Assembly: GCF_016433145.1 (NCBI RefSeq)
Contig: NC_058130.1
Coordinates: 21,740,670 to 21,804,669 of the forward strand
Direction: 5' to 3'
Source: Gracilinanus agilis
Taxonomy: Eukaryota
DNA: 64,000 bases
Numbering within the stretch: the stretch's first letter is position 1; each line of letters starts with the position of its first letter. A program made the translations under genes and the position numbers. Shown here piece by piece: positions 23,623 to 36,305 of this stretch. A model generated the notes under the pieces. That model saw only the letters and a list, made by a program, of their open reading frames with translations. It did not search any database and was not told the DNA's origin.

Positions 23623-24800
23623 ATTCCCCCTGGGATCTGGCAAAAAAAAGGTGGCCTTTTTTCTTCGCTGGATCTGTAAACATAGACAACTTCTAAAATT
23701 TTAGGAATTTGGGGGATAAAAGAAATAAATGAACAAATGGATAAAACTAGCCGCATTGACAATAAACCAATTTGGGGGCAGTCCCCTATTGGTATATTAG
23801 TGTACAATTAAAACAATATATACAACTCAATTTCCACTCCCCATAGTTCAATCAACTGCACCCCAAAGTTCAGTTTTGGTCTTCATGGTACAGTGAAGGC
23901 TTTTCAGGCATCTTCATGGTGTCTTCACCAAACAGGTTCGTAGTCTGGATTCTGGGGAGATGGCAAGATCCTTATCCTGAAATTATTCTCAAAAGAATTT
24001 AAACTTTACAATAGGATTACAAAACATACATTTTCTTCTGAGAATTAACATTTCCCCCTGAAATTACTCCTAAAAGGGTTAAATATATATATATTTTTAC
24101 ATTATCGAATTTTAAAAAACTTAACATATATCCCATCCCCCTGAGGGAAATTCTAAACACACCTTTTTTCCTTAAAAAGGGTACCTCAGGTCAGCTAAGG
24201 ATGAGAGGCTGAGTCCTGGGGGTTGTATGAAATCAATTGGCAAAATACAAAGAATAAAATTCAAGAAAAAGAAAAAAATTAACTTGTGAATGAAATGTAA
24301 AATGTGCAAAAAATGTAGGGAAAATAAACTTATAACAGGCTTTTGAAACAAGGCCCAATGAAAAGGGATTTAATCAGTTTGCTATTACCCACTTAGGGCC
24401 AGGACTGAAGGGAAATGTCTCTCTCTGATCTGATTTACCATCAGCTTTTCAGGGAAGTGAGCCAAATAAATAACCCATCTTAGGTGCTGGCCTAGAAATC
24501 TAAGTCAAGGGGACCCACATCCTCTAAAGTTTTAGAAAAGACTGGGACTCCAGGACTCAAACCCCAATTTCCAAGCCCTAAAGTATTGGCATAGAACTCC
24601 AGCAATCCATGCAGATTTTTTAGTCAAGGTGACCATGTGCTTTCTTAGCACTATTTAAGGGCTTTTATATTCCCTTCTGGAATCAGAGAGGCATTTAAAT
24701 CACAGTCCTATAGGCTCAGGTATTTGCATTAAGCTATATCGCTGTAGAATCAGAAAAAGGATAAATAATGATTATATATGTACTTCCAGTACAAGATGAG
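23623..24800 (-). mobile_element. ERV internal 3' remnant (non-coding) abutting the LTR
   Basis: Contiguous with the PPT. Resembles opossum ERV 3'-internal sequence as I remember it (gaactttggggtgcagttgattgaact...gggactgcccccaaattgg). No long ORF. The far boundary is uncertain. Confidence 0.55.
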
Positions 24801-25944
24801 AAAAAGGAAAAATCAATTGCTCTAATTAAAAAAAGAATGTTTTAAAAATCAAAAAATCAAAAATATATATATATAGCTTAGAACTAGAAGGGTTTTGTTA
24901 CCCAAAAATGAGATTTTCATTCTGTGAGTATAAATGGATCTTACAAATAGCAGATTCACAATGCACATTCAAATAGAGTAACATTATTCCCAATAGCACA
25001 TTTTAAAACAATAAACAATGATGTTTAAAAATCATATACTTGTTACAACTTTTAAACCAGGGGCAGCTCGGGGCAGCATGACACCCCCGAGGAAGAGCTG
25101 GATCGGGGGGGAGAGCATGGCGAGCAGAGTACGGTGGGCTCCCTCTGTGCCCACACTAGGCCGCACAAGGATGGCAGGCCCGGCTCTCAGGGGCGAAGGA
25201 GCAGATGAGGGGAGCACCAGCCAAAAAGGGAAGCTGGAAGGGGTGCTGGGTGGAGAGGACAGTGGAGAGCCCCTGCCTGAGCTGGGCATTCCTAGAGCAG
25301 CACCGAAGCTGGGAGAAGGCAGCCAAGGAGGACAATTACACAAATGAGTTAACCTCACTGGGACTCAGTTTCCTCGTCTGTCAGATGAGGGGCTGGAGGA
25401 AGTGACCTCTAAGATCCTGCACTTCACTGCCACGTATGGCCAGTGATGTGTATCCAGAGTAAACACAAGGAGGGAGCCAGACCAGGCAAAAATGGCCAAA
25501 GTAGACGTCTCAGATCCACTGTGCAAGGGACAGGGCCTGAGGATCCAACTGGATGTAACCCTGGAAACTCTGAAAATTTTTGTTACAATTATTTTTTGGT
25601 TCAGACCAATGATTTCATTGATGCATGAAGAGAAAACTAGAGACGGACTACCTTTGCCAGGGCATATTTGCAGCTTTTAAAGAGCTGCCTAGAGCCTGTG
25701 AGATGAAGGGTCTCACAGCTAGTATGTGGCAGAGGCAGGATTTGAATCCAGGACAGTGTGGATGCCCCCTAGCCCACACAGACTCTCTTGTCAAGGTTCT
25801 CTAGTAGTATGTGGGGCACTTACATATGTGTCTAGAAATACATATGTATTAAATATCATACATCACACTATATTACATATATGTATATACATGTGTGTAT
25901 GCACATACAAGTGCTCAACAAAATTGCTCTTTAAAAAAGCCCAA

Positions 25945-26140
25945 ACCAAAAAATCTTTTACCTTTTGTCATAGAATCAATACAAAGTAATGATTCCAAGG
26001 CAGAGGAGTGGTAATGGCTAGACAGTTAGGGTTAAGTGACTTGTCCAGGGTTGCCTAGCTAGGAAGTGTCTGTGGTCATATTTGAACCCAGGATCTCCTG
26101 TTTTCAGGTGCAGTTCTCAGCCCACTGAGCCATCTAGCTG
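25945..26140 (-). mobile_element. Older SINE1-type SINE
   Basis: gattccaaggcagaggagtggtaatggctag...gttaagtgacttgtccagggt...tttgaacccagga. Confidence 0.8.
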
Positions 26141-26547
26141 CTCCTCACCAATGTCTTTTAGAGAGTTTCAGATCTGATTTGCAGTTGGTCCTTTAGAGAA
26201 TTTCCAAATATTTTCCCATCATGTATCAGGTATCTATTTGTTTCTCCTCAGAATGCTAAGTAGCATTCAATTCAATTCAATTAAATAAATATTCATTAAA
26301 TACCTCCTAGGGACTTTGAAATCTATTGGCTAACTTTGAGGGAAGGACAAAAAAAAAAAGGGATTGTATTATTCTAAATATCGGCCATGTTCTCTTTTTG
26401 TCCACTCCTTCCTCCAATCTGGTTTATATACAATCCAAGTAACTGAAAGTCTGGCACAATTTTCCAAATGTGCTGATCCCACTCTTTATTGTATTCCATG
26501 CTGGGCCTGTCTGCTTACTTCAGTGTCTATCAACAGGACCTGTCCTG

Positions 26548-27290
26548 TGTAAGAGTTTAAATTTAGGTTTTATGCTAAATATGAGAATTCTAAAGTAATA
26601 TCGTGGTTGCCGATTTAAAAATATTATAGTTTAAATCAAAATGACTTTTAGCAGCTTTATTTGCAAAGAGGTGGGAAGAGTTAAAGTAGAAAAATATAAA
26701 AAGAAGGTCTAGCCTACCACCCTAAATGCTGCTCTGGTATCGGTTCAGCCCTGGCAGGGCTCCTCAAGTCTGATCTCCATGTGGATTTCCTAGTAATTGT
26801 CATCTAGAGGTCCAGGTGGTGTTGTCAGCCAGAGTTCCACCAACACAGCATCCTCCAAAGCCAAGGCAAGAACCTCAGCCACTTGCCCAGCAAGCTGATG
26901 CAGGATCCAGGGAAAAGGTCTCCTCCAAGCCAAGGCAGGGATCTCAGCCACTCACTCCAAACACCAGGAAGGGAATGAATCTCTGGAACCAATCTCTCCA
27001 GAAGCCAGGAAAGGAAAAGCCCCACGACTGTGCTGATCTCTTCTTTTTATGCTTCTGCTTTCCATGACACTTCCTGTCACTCCTCTTCCTTCTTCACAGA
27101 AACCAATGGCAGTCTTTCAATTTGCCTAGCACTGCCCAATGGTGGGGGATGGGCAGTAGCCTTTGGGGGTGTGAGCTTACTCTAGTAAGTGACTCATGAA
27201 TTCTCTTGCTTACTGTTAAGTAGGGGTACTTTAAGTTCTTGATTTGATTAGTTAAAACCAGGCAAGGGGAGAGTTAATCCTATCTACACA
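26548..27290 (-). mobile_element. Solo ERV LTR, 743 bp, class I-like 4-bp TSD
   Basis: Minus strand reads TGTGTAGATAGGATTAACTC...CTCTTACA. Perfect TSD cctg at 26544-26547 and 27291-27294. Internal ~30-bp direct repeat cctccaa(a)gccaaggca(a/g)ga(a/t)cctcagccact. Confidence 0.88.
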
Positions 27291-27469
27291 CCTGGATATA
27301 TGAACTGGCTATTTGTACTAATTCAATGGACTTCTTATCCAACTGCCCATCATCCTCTGGATAATAAGTGCCTCCACCCATTCAGTTTTTCCTGTATAGA
27401 TTATTAGACCAATCTCAACTTAAAACTCCATTGAGGTGGTCTTGGTCTTGCTGATTTCTGTTGATTGAT

Positions 27470-27700
27470 TCAAAAATCCTGATGTCCACAGAGTTGAGCA
27501 ATTATAGTTTGTAATAATGCAAAGTAAGTTTGATCACTGCTTTTAGATTTTGAATATTCTCTACAACACATCAAACACCTTTGGCAAACAAATCTCGGTG
27601 TTTTATGGAACATTGTGTCACCTCTAATGAGGGTTCTATCTTTGTGAACTTGGCCAGGTTCAGCTGTTCTTCCCAATTTTGTATTCTTGAGTACCATTCA
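27470..27700 (-). mobile_element. Decayed CR1/L3 reverse-transcriptase remnant
   Basis: The translated segment NTKLGRTA...KDRTLI resembles the CR1 RT motif DDTKLGG.A...EDR..IQ. Confidence 0.45.
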
Positions 27701-27959
27701 TTTCTCATCAGGAACTGAGTAGTAAAAGCACAACTACAGACTCCACTCTCATGAAAAATGATATAAAATCTCTATCCCTGAGAAATCTATTCCAGTCTGC
27801 ATTTGCTTGTTACTCTCTTTTCAGTTTCATCCACAGATACCCTGGGACTGACTTCACTGGGTCATGTGCCAGGAGATCAGGTGCTGGGCTGAGTTTCAAG
27901 TTTCATAGGGAAAAAAAATAAATAATATACTGAATCAAACACCAAAATATGTAGCACCT

Positions 27960-28960
27960 TTTGGAAGTGCTTCTGGACACTAAGATACAGTTGGTGGAGC
28001 TGTGAACGGATCCAATAATTTTGGAGAGTAATCTGGAATTACACTGAGAAAGCTATAAAACTGGGTATACCCTTAGACCCAAGTCTGTTTCCTAAAGTGA
28101 TAAGGGAAAAAGGAAAAGAACCTATCTGTTCCAAAATATTTCTAGCAGCTCTCTTTATAGTATCAAAAAACTGGAAATCAAGAGGATATCCATCAATTGT
28201 GGATGGATAAACAAATTGTGGCACATGATTGTGATGGAATATTACTGTTCAGCCCTTCAATTGGGGAATGGCTGAACAAACTGTGGGATATGCTGGTGAT
28301 GGAATACTATTGTGCTAAAAGGAATAATAAAGTGGAAGAATTCCATGTGAACTGGAAAGACCTCCAGGAGTTGATGCAGAGCGAAAGGAGCAGAGCCAGA
28401 AGAACATTGTACACAGAGACTGACACACTGTGGTAAAATAGGATGTAATGGACTTCTGTACTAGCAGCAATGCAATGACACAGGACAATTCTGAGGGATT
28501 TATGGAAAAGAAAGACACCCACATTCAGAGGAAGAACTACAGGAGTGGAAATAGAAGAAAAACAACTGATTGAATACATGGGTTGAGGCGGACATGATTG
28601 GGGATGTAGACTCGAAACTACCACACCAATGCAACTAACAACAATTTGGAAATAGGTCTTGATCAAGGACACATGTTAAAACCAGTGGAAATACACATCT
28701 GCCATGGGGGGAGGGGAAAGTTAGGGGTGAAGGGGAAAGTAAGAACATGAATTATGTAACCATGTTAACTTTTCAAAAAATAAATATTAATAAATGTTTT
28801 TAAAAAAGAATCTATGACCAGGGTAATTTTTAAAAAACTGGAAAGAACTACATGAGATAATGAAGAGTGAAATGAATAGGATCAAGAGAACATTATGTAC
28901 AGCTACAGGTTTAATATTTTAAAAATAACTTGTGAATGTTCACCTCAAGAGAATGAACTT
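27960..28960 (+). mobile_element. Older L1 3' fragment interrupted by a younger L1
   Basis: ORF2 C-terminal sequence runs to gaatattactgttc (28250) and resumes at aagaatctatgaccagggtaatt (~28805). Confidence 0.75.
28253..28807 (+). mobile_element. Young 5'-truncated L1_Mdo (ORF2 end, 3'UTR and tail)
   Basis: Low-divergence opossum L1 3' end (ggaagaattccatgtgaactggaaagacctccaggagttgatgcagagcgaaagg...aaataaatattaataaatg). Confidence 0.88.
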
Positions 28961-29099
28961 GAACTGAGAAATGGAAACATAAAAGACATAATCTATATAA
29001 TTTGTCAGAAGATGGTTTCTATGGTGTGGAGAGAGGAGAGGCTGAATAAAAATTAAAAAAAGTGATCTTGGAGATCAGGTTGGGAAAGATCAGTAATCT

Positions 29100-31080
29100 A
29101 GGAAAGGCTACCTGAAAATTTACAATTGCACTGGATCATCAAGGGTAGGTAATATCTGAATGAGTGGCTGGGATGGGAATGTATATTATTGGTGAGGTAA
29201 ACAACAGGAGTAAAAGAGAGAAGAGAAGAAGCATAAGCTGTGTGGGGCAGTGAGGAGACTAAACTAACTGGGTAGATGGTCCATGTTGTGGAAGAAGGGA
29301 AGAGACAACAGCAGAAGTAGGTAGCACCGTACTGAAATGTAAAAATGAAGAGTTTTCATTTGATACAAATGACAAAGTGGAGCCACTGTAGGATCTAGAG
29401 AAGGAGGTGAATGGGACAAAAGTGGGGTTTGAGGTAAATTAGAAGGCTGCCTTGTGCCAGAATGGATTGGAATAGAACAAGCCCAGAGGAGAAGGCTCCT
29501 GCAGTTATCCAGGCAAAGTGTGATTTAGTTCAGTGTAGTGAATGTTTATTAACCACTGACTTTGGGGAAGAATGAAAAGACTTGGATGATGAGGTTTGCC
29601 ACCTTAAATTTGCAAAATGCTTTACAAATATTTCACTTCATCCTCACAACAGCTCTGAGGTAGGTGTTATTACTATCCCTATTTTACAGATCAAGAAACT
29701 GAGTCAGAGGTTAAGTGACTTGCCCAGAGTCAGGAAAGGGAATACATAATTAAATGGTACCTATGTGCCAGGCACTGTGCAATGTATTTTCCAAATAATA
29801 TCTCTCTTGATTCTCATAACAAACTTGGGAGGAAGATGCTATTATTATCTCCTTTTTTATAGTTGAGGAAACTGAAACAGAGATTAAGTGACTTGCCTAT
29901 GTGACATGTCTGAGGAGGGATTTGAACCTGACTTCTCGACTAGATCCAGAGCTCTCTTCACTGTGGCATCCCTAATTTCTAGTATAAGTGGGGGGTTAAA
30001 GTATGAAAAGTGGCATGAAAGTCTTGAGCTCAAGATTGAAGAGCAGCATTGCCATCAAGAAAATGGCCATTTTGTAAAGGGAAGTCTTTTCCTTGACTGA
30101 GATAGGAAGTTATTGGTCAGCAATGTTGAGTTTAAGATCACAGTTGCATGCCCAGGTGAAAATGTCTCAAAGGTATCTGAAAACTGGGTTAAAGACCCTT
30201 AGCATGAAGGTCATTCATTCATTCAACAATGCTCTGGTCACATCATACCAGGCTTTGAGAATGTTATAGTGTTTGGAAGAGCCACGTTCTTGCTAAGAAG
30301 AGCCCATCATGTAATGGGAGAATAAGAGGCACACATATAATACATGGCTTTGCACTGATTATTAATGTCAAGAGATGGCAAAATCAAGTGGCTTTTCTGG
30401 TCATAGGAAGGTCATCAATGATGTGGAGATATAGGGAAAGCTTCATGGTAACACTGGAAATGGGTTTTCCAGGATGGGTGAATTGGACGGGTGGAGGGAG
30501 GAAAGAATGGAGAAATCACAAGCATAAGTATGAGGGTGGGAGAGTGTTAAGGCAGAAATTTCTAGTCCCCAAAGGGATGAGAAAATGTTCAAGGGGACAC
30601 AGGGAATATTTAGTAAATGGCCATCAGTTCATATGGAAATGGGGTAAAAAGGGAAGTTCTGGTGCCAAACGGGACATGTTGGTGAGAGAACAGTGAAGAG
30701 GTAGAGGCAGGATGGAGATGGAAGACAACATGATGGTGTAGTGCACATGCAAAGTCTTTAAACCAGCTTGAGGAATAAATCCTAGTGAACAAAACAAAAT
30801 GACTGAGGTCTGGAAGATGAACCCATTACTCATACAGAGCCAGAAAAGAATCAAGAACAATGGCCCAGTGAAAGATGAGCTAGCTGAGTTCTACAATAAA
30901 GGGGATCTCCAAATGGCTTTCTAGACAATGACCAGAGTCTTTGGTCTTCCTTGGGGTAAGGCCATTCCATTCTTATTAAATCTGCTCACAATGGTTGCTT
31001 GGAAGGTCAAATGAGACACCATCTATAAAAGTGCTTGGCACATAGTAGGTGCTTACTAAATGCTTGTTTCCTTCCCTTTT
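29100..31080. mobile_element. Mosaic of L2 and MIR/Mar1 remnants
   Basis: L2-like tracts and CORE-SINE cores (gaggaaactgaaacagagattaagtgacttgcc). Individual boundaries are not resolved. Confidence 0.55.
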
Positions 31081-31149
31081 CTTTAATTTCAATAACAATT
31101 TATCTTGGTAAATCAGGAGTCTTAATCTGTTCTCAATCAAGTCTTAAAA

Positions 31150-31350
31150 AAATTTTTTTTAGAGCCTTTACCTTTCATCTTAGAATTGATATTAAGTATT
31201 AGTTCCAAGGCAGACGAGTAGTGAAGGTTAGGTAATTGGAGTTAAGTGACTTGTCCAGGGCTAGGAAGTGTCTGAGGTCACATTTGAATCCAGGACTTCC
31301 CATCTCCAGGTCTTGTTCTATCTATCAGGCAGCACTTAGCTGACCCTCAA
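31150..31350 (-). mobile_element. Older SINE1-type SINE
   Basis: agagcctttacctttcatcttagaattgat...gttaagtgacttgtccagg...tttgaatccagg. Confidence 0.8.
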
Positions 31351-31594
31351 TTAAATGTTAAGCAAGAAATAAACTGGAGATTGAACCTTTTATATGGGAA
31401 TGGAAACATACACACAGACACACAGACACACAGACACACAGACACACACACACACACACCCCTTTCAGAAGACTGTGCTGAGAATAAAATTGCTGAGAAA
31501 TAGAATCAAAGGTCTTACTAATCTGTGCACGATACATAGCAAATACCATTATGATACTAAAAATGTTACACACTGAATAAAGTTTTCTTTTTCT

Positions 31595-31762
31595 AAAATT
31601 AATCTATTTTATTTCTTTTGTGCATATGCATAGTAAACTCTGGAATTTATTTCCTTTCATACTCACTAGAATATCAAAAGTTAATAAAAAATTAATTTCT
31701 TTAGTTCTTTTGGGCATATGCATGGTAAACTCCAGAATTTATTTCCTTTCACATTCACTAGA
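31595..31762 (+). repeat. Two-copy tandem duplication, 92-bp period
   Basis: ttcttttg(t/g)gcatatgcat(a/g)gtaaactc(tg/ca)gaatttatttcctttca(tac/cat)tcactaga recurs, with gcatatgca at 31622 and 31714. Confidence 0.85.
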
Positions 31763-32319
31763 GGGTATGGGAAGGCTTGGTGAGGGCCAAGGGACACAGA
31801 AACCAGAGAAGGTTGAAAACCCAGGCTGGAGGCCATGTTCAGGAGGGCAAGTTAGCCCAGTGTGCCAGACTGCAGTGATGGAGTCAAATGAGGAGCAGCT
31901 TTTAGGCACACATACCTCAAAGAAGAAAGAAGCACAAAATTGCCAAGGACCTTGAACGCCAGGTACTCCAGGAGTCTGAATTCCACTTGGTAAGCCAAAG
32001 GGAGCTCCAGAAGGGGTTTGAGTAGAAGAATGTCACAAACAGATCTATCTGTAAGAAATGAAGGATGGATTGGAGAGGGGAGAGAAGAGGAAAGATCCAT
32101 TGCTGGTGGGCAATAATAAGGACCGACCCCAGGGCAATGGCATTAGGAACAGAGGGGGGACAGGTGGGGCCTACATTGCCAGAGATGGAAATGCTAGAAA
32201 TTCTAATCAATGAAAAAGAATAGATGAGGGCCAGGCACACATCAAGGACAAGGCCAATCAGCTGGGTTAATGATGGTGGGGTTAACAGGAAGATTTAGAG
32301 TGAGCATTTCTCAAAGAAT

Positions 32320-32500
32320 TTCATGAACTAGAAGGGACTCCAGAGGGCCATCAAGTTCAAGATGCACCTAATTCAGAATTCTCTCTAGAAGACATACAAA
32401 AAAGGCATCACCCAGACTTTCCCTGAAAGTCCCTAATAAGGAGGAATCAATTAGCTTCTGAGGCAGCCCATTCTACATTTAGATATCTTGAAATGTTGGG
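32320..32500 (-). mobile_element. CR1/L3 3' remnant
   Basis: gaactagaagggactccagagggccatcaagttcaa...gaggcagcccattctac. Confidence 0.6.
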
Positions 32501-34145
32501 AAGTTTTGGTTTCTTTTCTTGATNNNNNNNNNNNNNNNNNNNNNNNNNNNNNNNNNNNNNNNNNNNNNNNNNNNNNNNNNNNNNNNNNNNNNNNNNNNNN
32601 NNNNNNNNNNNNNNNNNNNNNNNNNNNNNNNNNNNNNNNNNNNNNNNNNNNNNNNNNNNNNNNNNNNNNNNNNNNNNNNNNNNNNNNNNNNNNNNNNNNN
32701 NNNNNNNNNNNNNNNNNNNNNNNNNNNNNNNNNNNNNNNNNNNNNNNNNNNNNNNNNNNNNNNNNNNNAAGCTTGTTTTGACTATAACTTTAGTTGTGAG
32801 AGTCTGTGAGTTCCCAGATGGAGAGAGGACAGAGAAAAGCTTAGAACTGTCAAGAGATTTGGCCCCTGAGGGTGGTCCACAATGAAGGAGTGGGAGATGG
32901 AAGACTAATCAGGGATGCCACAATGGTAGTTGGGGGAGCCAATGCTGCTGTCCAGTCACTTCTTTTCCCCTCATAAGCCATTCTGAGAGGACTGCTAGAT
33001 TTTTGCTATATTCACAACGGGACAGGGCCTCAAAAAAGTTGTGAGCCAGAGCTATAATTCAGGCCTCATGATACATATGGACACATGCCACAAACCCCAG
33101 GGAAAATACAAACTAAATCTCTGCCTTTCTGGGGATGCCTACAACTTTCCCCCCTGACCATTCCTAGGTAAAAACCATTAAAAAAAAAAAAAGAGGGCCA
33201 ACCCCTGCCAGGTGCCAAGTAGTTCAAGAAATCACAGCGGCTAATTAAATATACCTGTCTAAGATGCCCTTTCTCTATTTTTAGCAGCCCCAAGCATCTT
33301 TTCTTCTTGGCAGGATTTTCTCTTAGGTCCAGAAGATATTAATGACACGTAGTACCTCGAGACCAGTTTGGAGCCTATAGCCCATCAGTTACGGCAAATA
33401 ATTCTCTTGAGCCCCAAATAAAGAATCACCCATCAGACAGGGTTATAGAGTGGAAACACCGGTGCTCTATCGCCATGAGAAACCATATGGAAATCCACAA
33501 AGGGCTCCTTTGCCTCACTCTGTTTTAGTCAGGTTCTCTTCACCATTTGATCTGACTATAGATTTGTTTCTTGTTCTAAATTTCCGAGCTTTAATCTGTA
33601 CCATATCAGAGAAAGCTTTCAGTTAACTGAACACTGAAGGAGGGAGAACTCTGTGACATGTTCATGAGAACAGTTGAGAAAAGGGGGATATGACTGCCAT
33701 AACTGGCCGCATGTTTTACATATATACATACGTGTGTGTGTCCAACACACGCTTTTCAAGCACCCGGTCCCTTTCTCTGCTCTTCTGGAAGCTTAGGAAA
33801 AAAAGACTAAAGGGGGTACAATGGGCGGGTTGGCCAGATGATCTCTGAGGTCCACTCCTCAGCCTTCTTCAACATCTCTGCTATTCTACTATCCATTTCA
33901 ATGAAGCTAGTGGTAATGAGGCCCTGCCTTCTGGACTCAAGGTTGGGTGAGGACACCTTCTAGATCTCAAAGGCTATGACTGCTGGCTCAATACAAAACA
34001 CTTCCAACACAAGCTTACACTGTAAATAATTCCATTTGGGATTTTAGGGTCTTTTAATCTGTTCTAAATGCCACTTAATGCAAATATCCTATTTGCCTAA
34101 GTGCCCATTATTGCACTGCAAGATGGGGGAAATACAATGAATGAG

Positions 34146-34356
34146 GGGTGTGCTGATAAATAAATGTTTAACAACCAGCTCTCAACAAAAAAGTCTACAA
34201 GGACACATTCTGAATTTTTCTATATTATTAACATTTTCTTCATCACTTTACGTCTGGATATCAAGAAAACAATACAGCAAGCCCCAACTTATAGTATTTG
34301 CTGATTTCTGATGTGTAAATTTTAGCTCTCAGTTTGGGATCTCCAGCGTGCCCTAC
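34146..34356. mobile_element. MER63-type (hAT-Blackjack) MITE, marsupial form
   Basis: ggtgtgctgataaataaatgtttaacaaccagctctc and attattaacattttct.catcacttt....tctggata tcaagaaaacaata match remembered MER63 segments. Confidence 0.7.
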
Positions 34357-36099
34357 AAACCCATGTCACTAGGGCACAAGCCATATTTGCTGACCAAGCC
34401 TCATAAGATGCATTTTCAAGATATCCAGGGAATGTGAATAGAAGCATGCACCAGATTCAAAAGGAAGGAAGAAGCTGAGGGTTTAAGAAAAGATGGACAG
34501 ATTCCCTGGATATTTTCCCCCATCTGATACGGGAGGTAAAAATGATTAATGATTTGAACATTTTCTTTCCATATGATTTATATATCCCCAAGGCTGGCTT
34601 TGAAAACCAAATGGTCAATGGGCTGAAATCTACCATGTCAAGTTCTGACAGTCTGATGGTCCTCCCTGAGGAAAGCTGACATGGGGAAAGTGGACACATG
34701 GCACAAGAGAGAGTGAGATGGACTAAGAGCATAAGTGAGGCGTTGGATCACAAGATTGAGGGCCGAGAGGCAACTCGGAGGCCGTCTCATCCAACCATGT
34801 TCACAGAGGCCAAGTGTCTTGCCCAGGTCTACAGGCAGTAAATGGGAAAGTTTGGAATTCAAACTCAAACCCCACACTCTAGGGGGCCATGCTGGCTCTA
34901 CAGGGTGCTACAGAAAGACCACTGATGGGTATAAAAAGGAGGAAATTTGGTTCGAACCTGAAAGAGGGTTTTTTAGAAATATTTTTAAATTCCTTAGAAC
35001 ACAAGAGAGCCCCATGGGGGTATTCAAACAAAGTCTCCTTTGCCCTTTATTTTTCCCTGAAGGAGAATTATATGGGGTGAAATTTCTTGAGGAAGCCGTC
35101 AGTTTATCTCCTCAAAACAGAAAAACTAATCAAGCATTGTCTGATTAATTAGAGGCACTTTTTTTTTTTGCCATCAAGGCCTGGGGCTCTAATCAATTCA
35201 ATCAACATGCAAAGAGACAATCTATGGCCTCCTAGATGAACAGAGTTGAATGTTAAACAGCAGACTGACATTGTGCTTCTGCCCACTGTCTACAGAACTG
35301 CCAACTAGCTGTTTCTCTGATTATTCCGAGGCAGGTTAATTGAATGTTGCTGCTCTCTTTCATAACTCCTTCTGGAGGTGGATCACAAAGAGATGCCGTT
35401 TCCTCCTCATTCTTTCTCCCGCCTTCTCGTCAAAGGACCCGGCTTGGAGCTTTAGGCCACCTTCACGGAGGGGTCAAACAGGCGCAGCCTGAAGAGACAA
35501 CCTGGGAAGGGAAGGGAAGGGGTCCACCAAGAGCCTCAGCTGCCTGTTTCCATTTAGTCGCCTCCAGCTGGCTCTGGAAGTCTTACAGAACAAGGAAGCA
35601 AGGAAAGACCCACCCAGCATGGAAAGCCTCCAGTTGTTTCTCCCAGCCTTGGGACATCTGTGAGTTAGGGCTGACATGGTAGTTCATGTGAAAATCCAGG
35701 CTGCTGGCAGGGAAGCAGGACAGAAAGCTGACCGGTTCATGCTCTGAAAAGCCCCAGAGGAGATCCTCCGCTGGGCACACACCTAGTGACTGCCCTTTAG
35801 AGATGTCCTACGGACCGCTCTCTCCTCCCTCCCTCCCTGGAGTGGTGGCAGCTCAAGGCAGGGACCTCCCTGCCTGGGGACGGGGTCTCTCTCAGCCAGA
35901 AGCAATGAATGGAGCCATTCTTTTCACCACAGATCCCTGGCCTCAAAGGCTGGTGGGCTGTCCTCAGGGGGGCCCAACCAAGTTTCAAATTCCATAAAGT
36001 CTGCTCAAAATCTCAGGATTCCTAGGAGCATCTAGTCCTTTTGAACTTAACAACAAGGATTCCAAAGCTCTAGAATCCTTCAAAAAGATGACGTTAAAA

Positions 36100-36305
36100 G
36101 GGAGCAGCTGGGTAGCTCAGTAGATTGAGAACCAGGCCTAGAGACGGGAGGTCCTGGGTTCAAATCCGGCCTCAGACACTTCTCAGCTGTGTGACCCTGG
36201 GCAAGTCACTTGACCCCCATTGCCCACCCTTACCACCCTTCTGCCTTGGAGCCAATACAGTATTGAATCCAAGATGGAAGGGTTTAAAAAAAAATAAAGC
36301 AACAA
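36100..36305 (+). mobile_element. Full-length SINE1_Mdo
   Basis: TSD aaaaagatga(c/t)gtta at 36082-36096 and 36306-36320. Confidence 0.92.
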
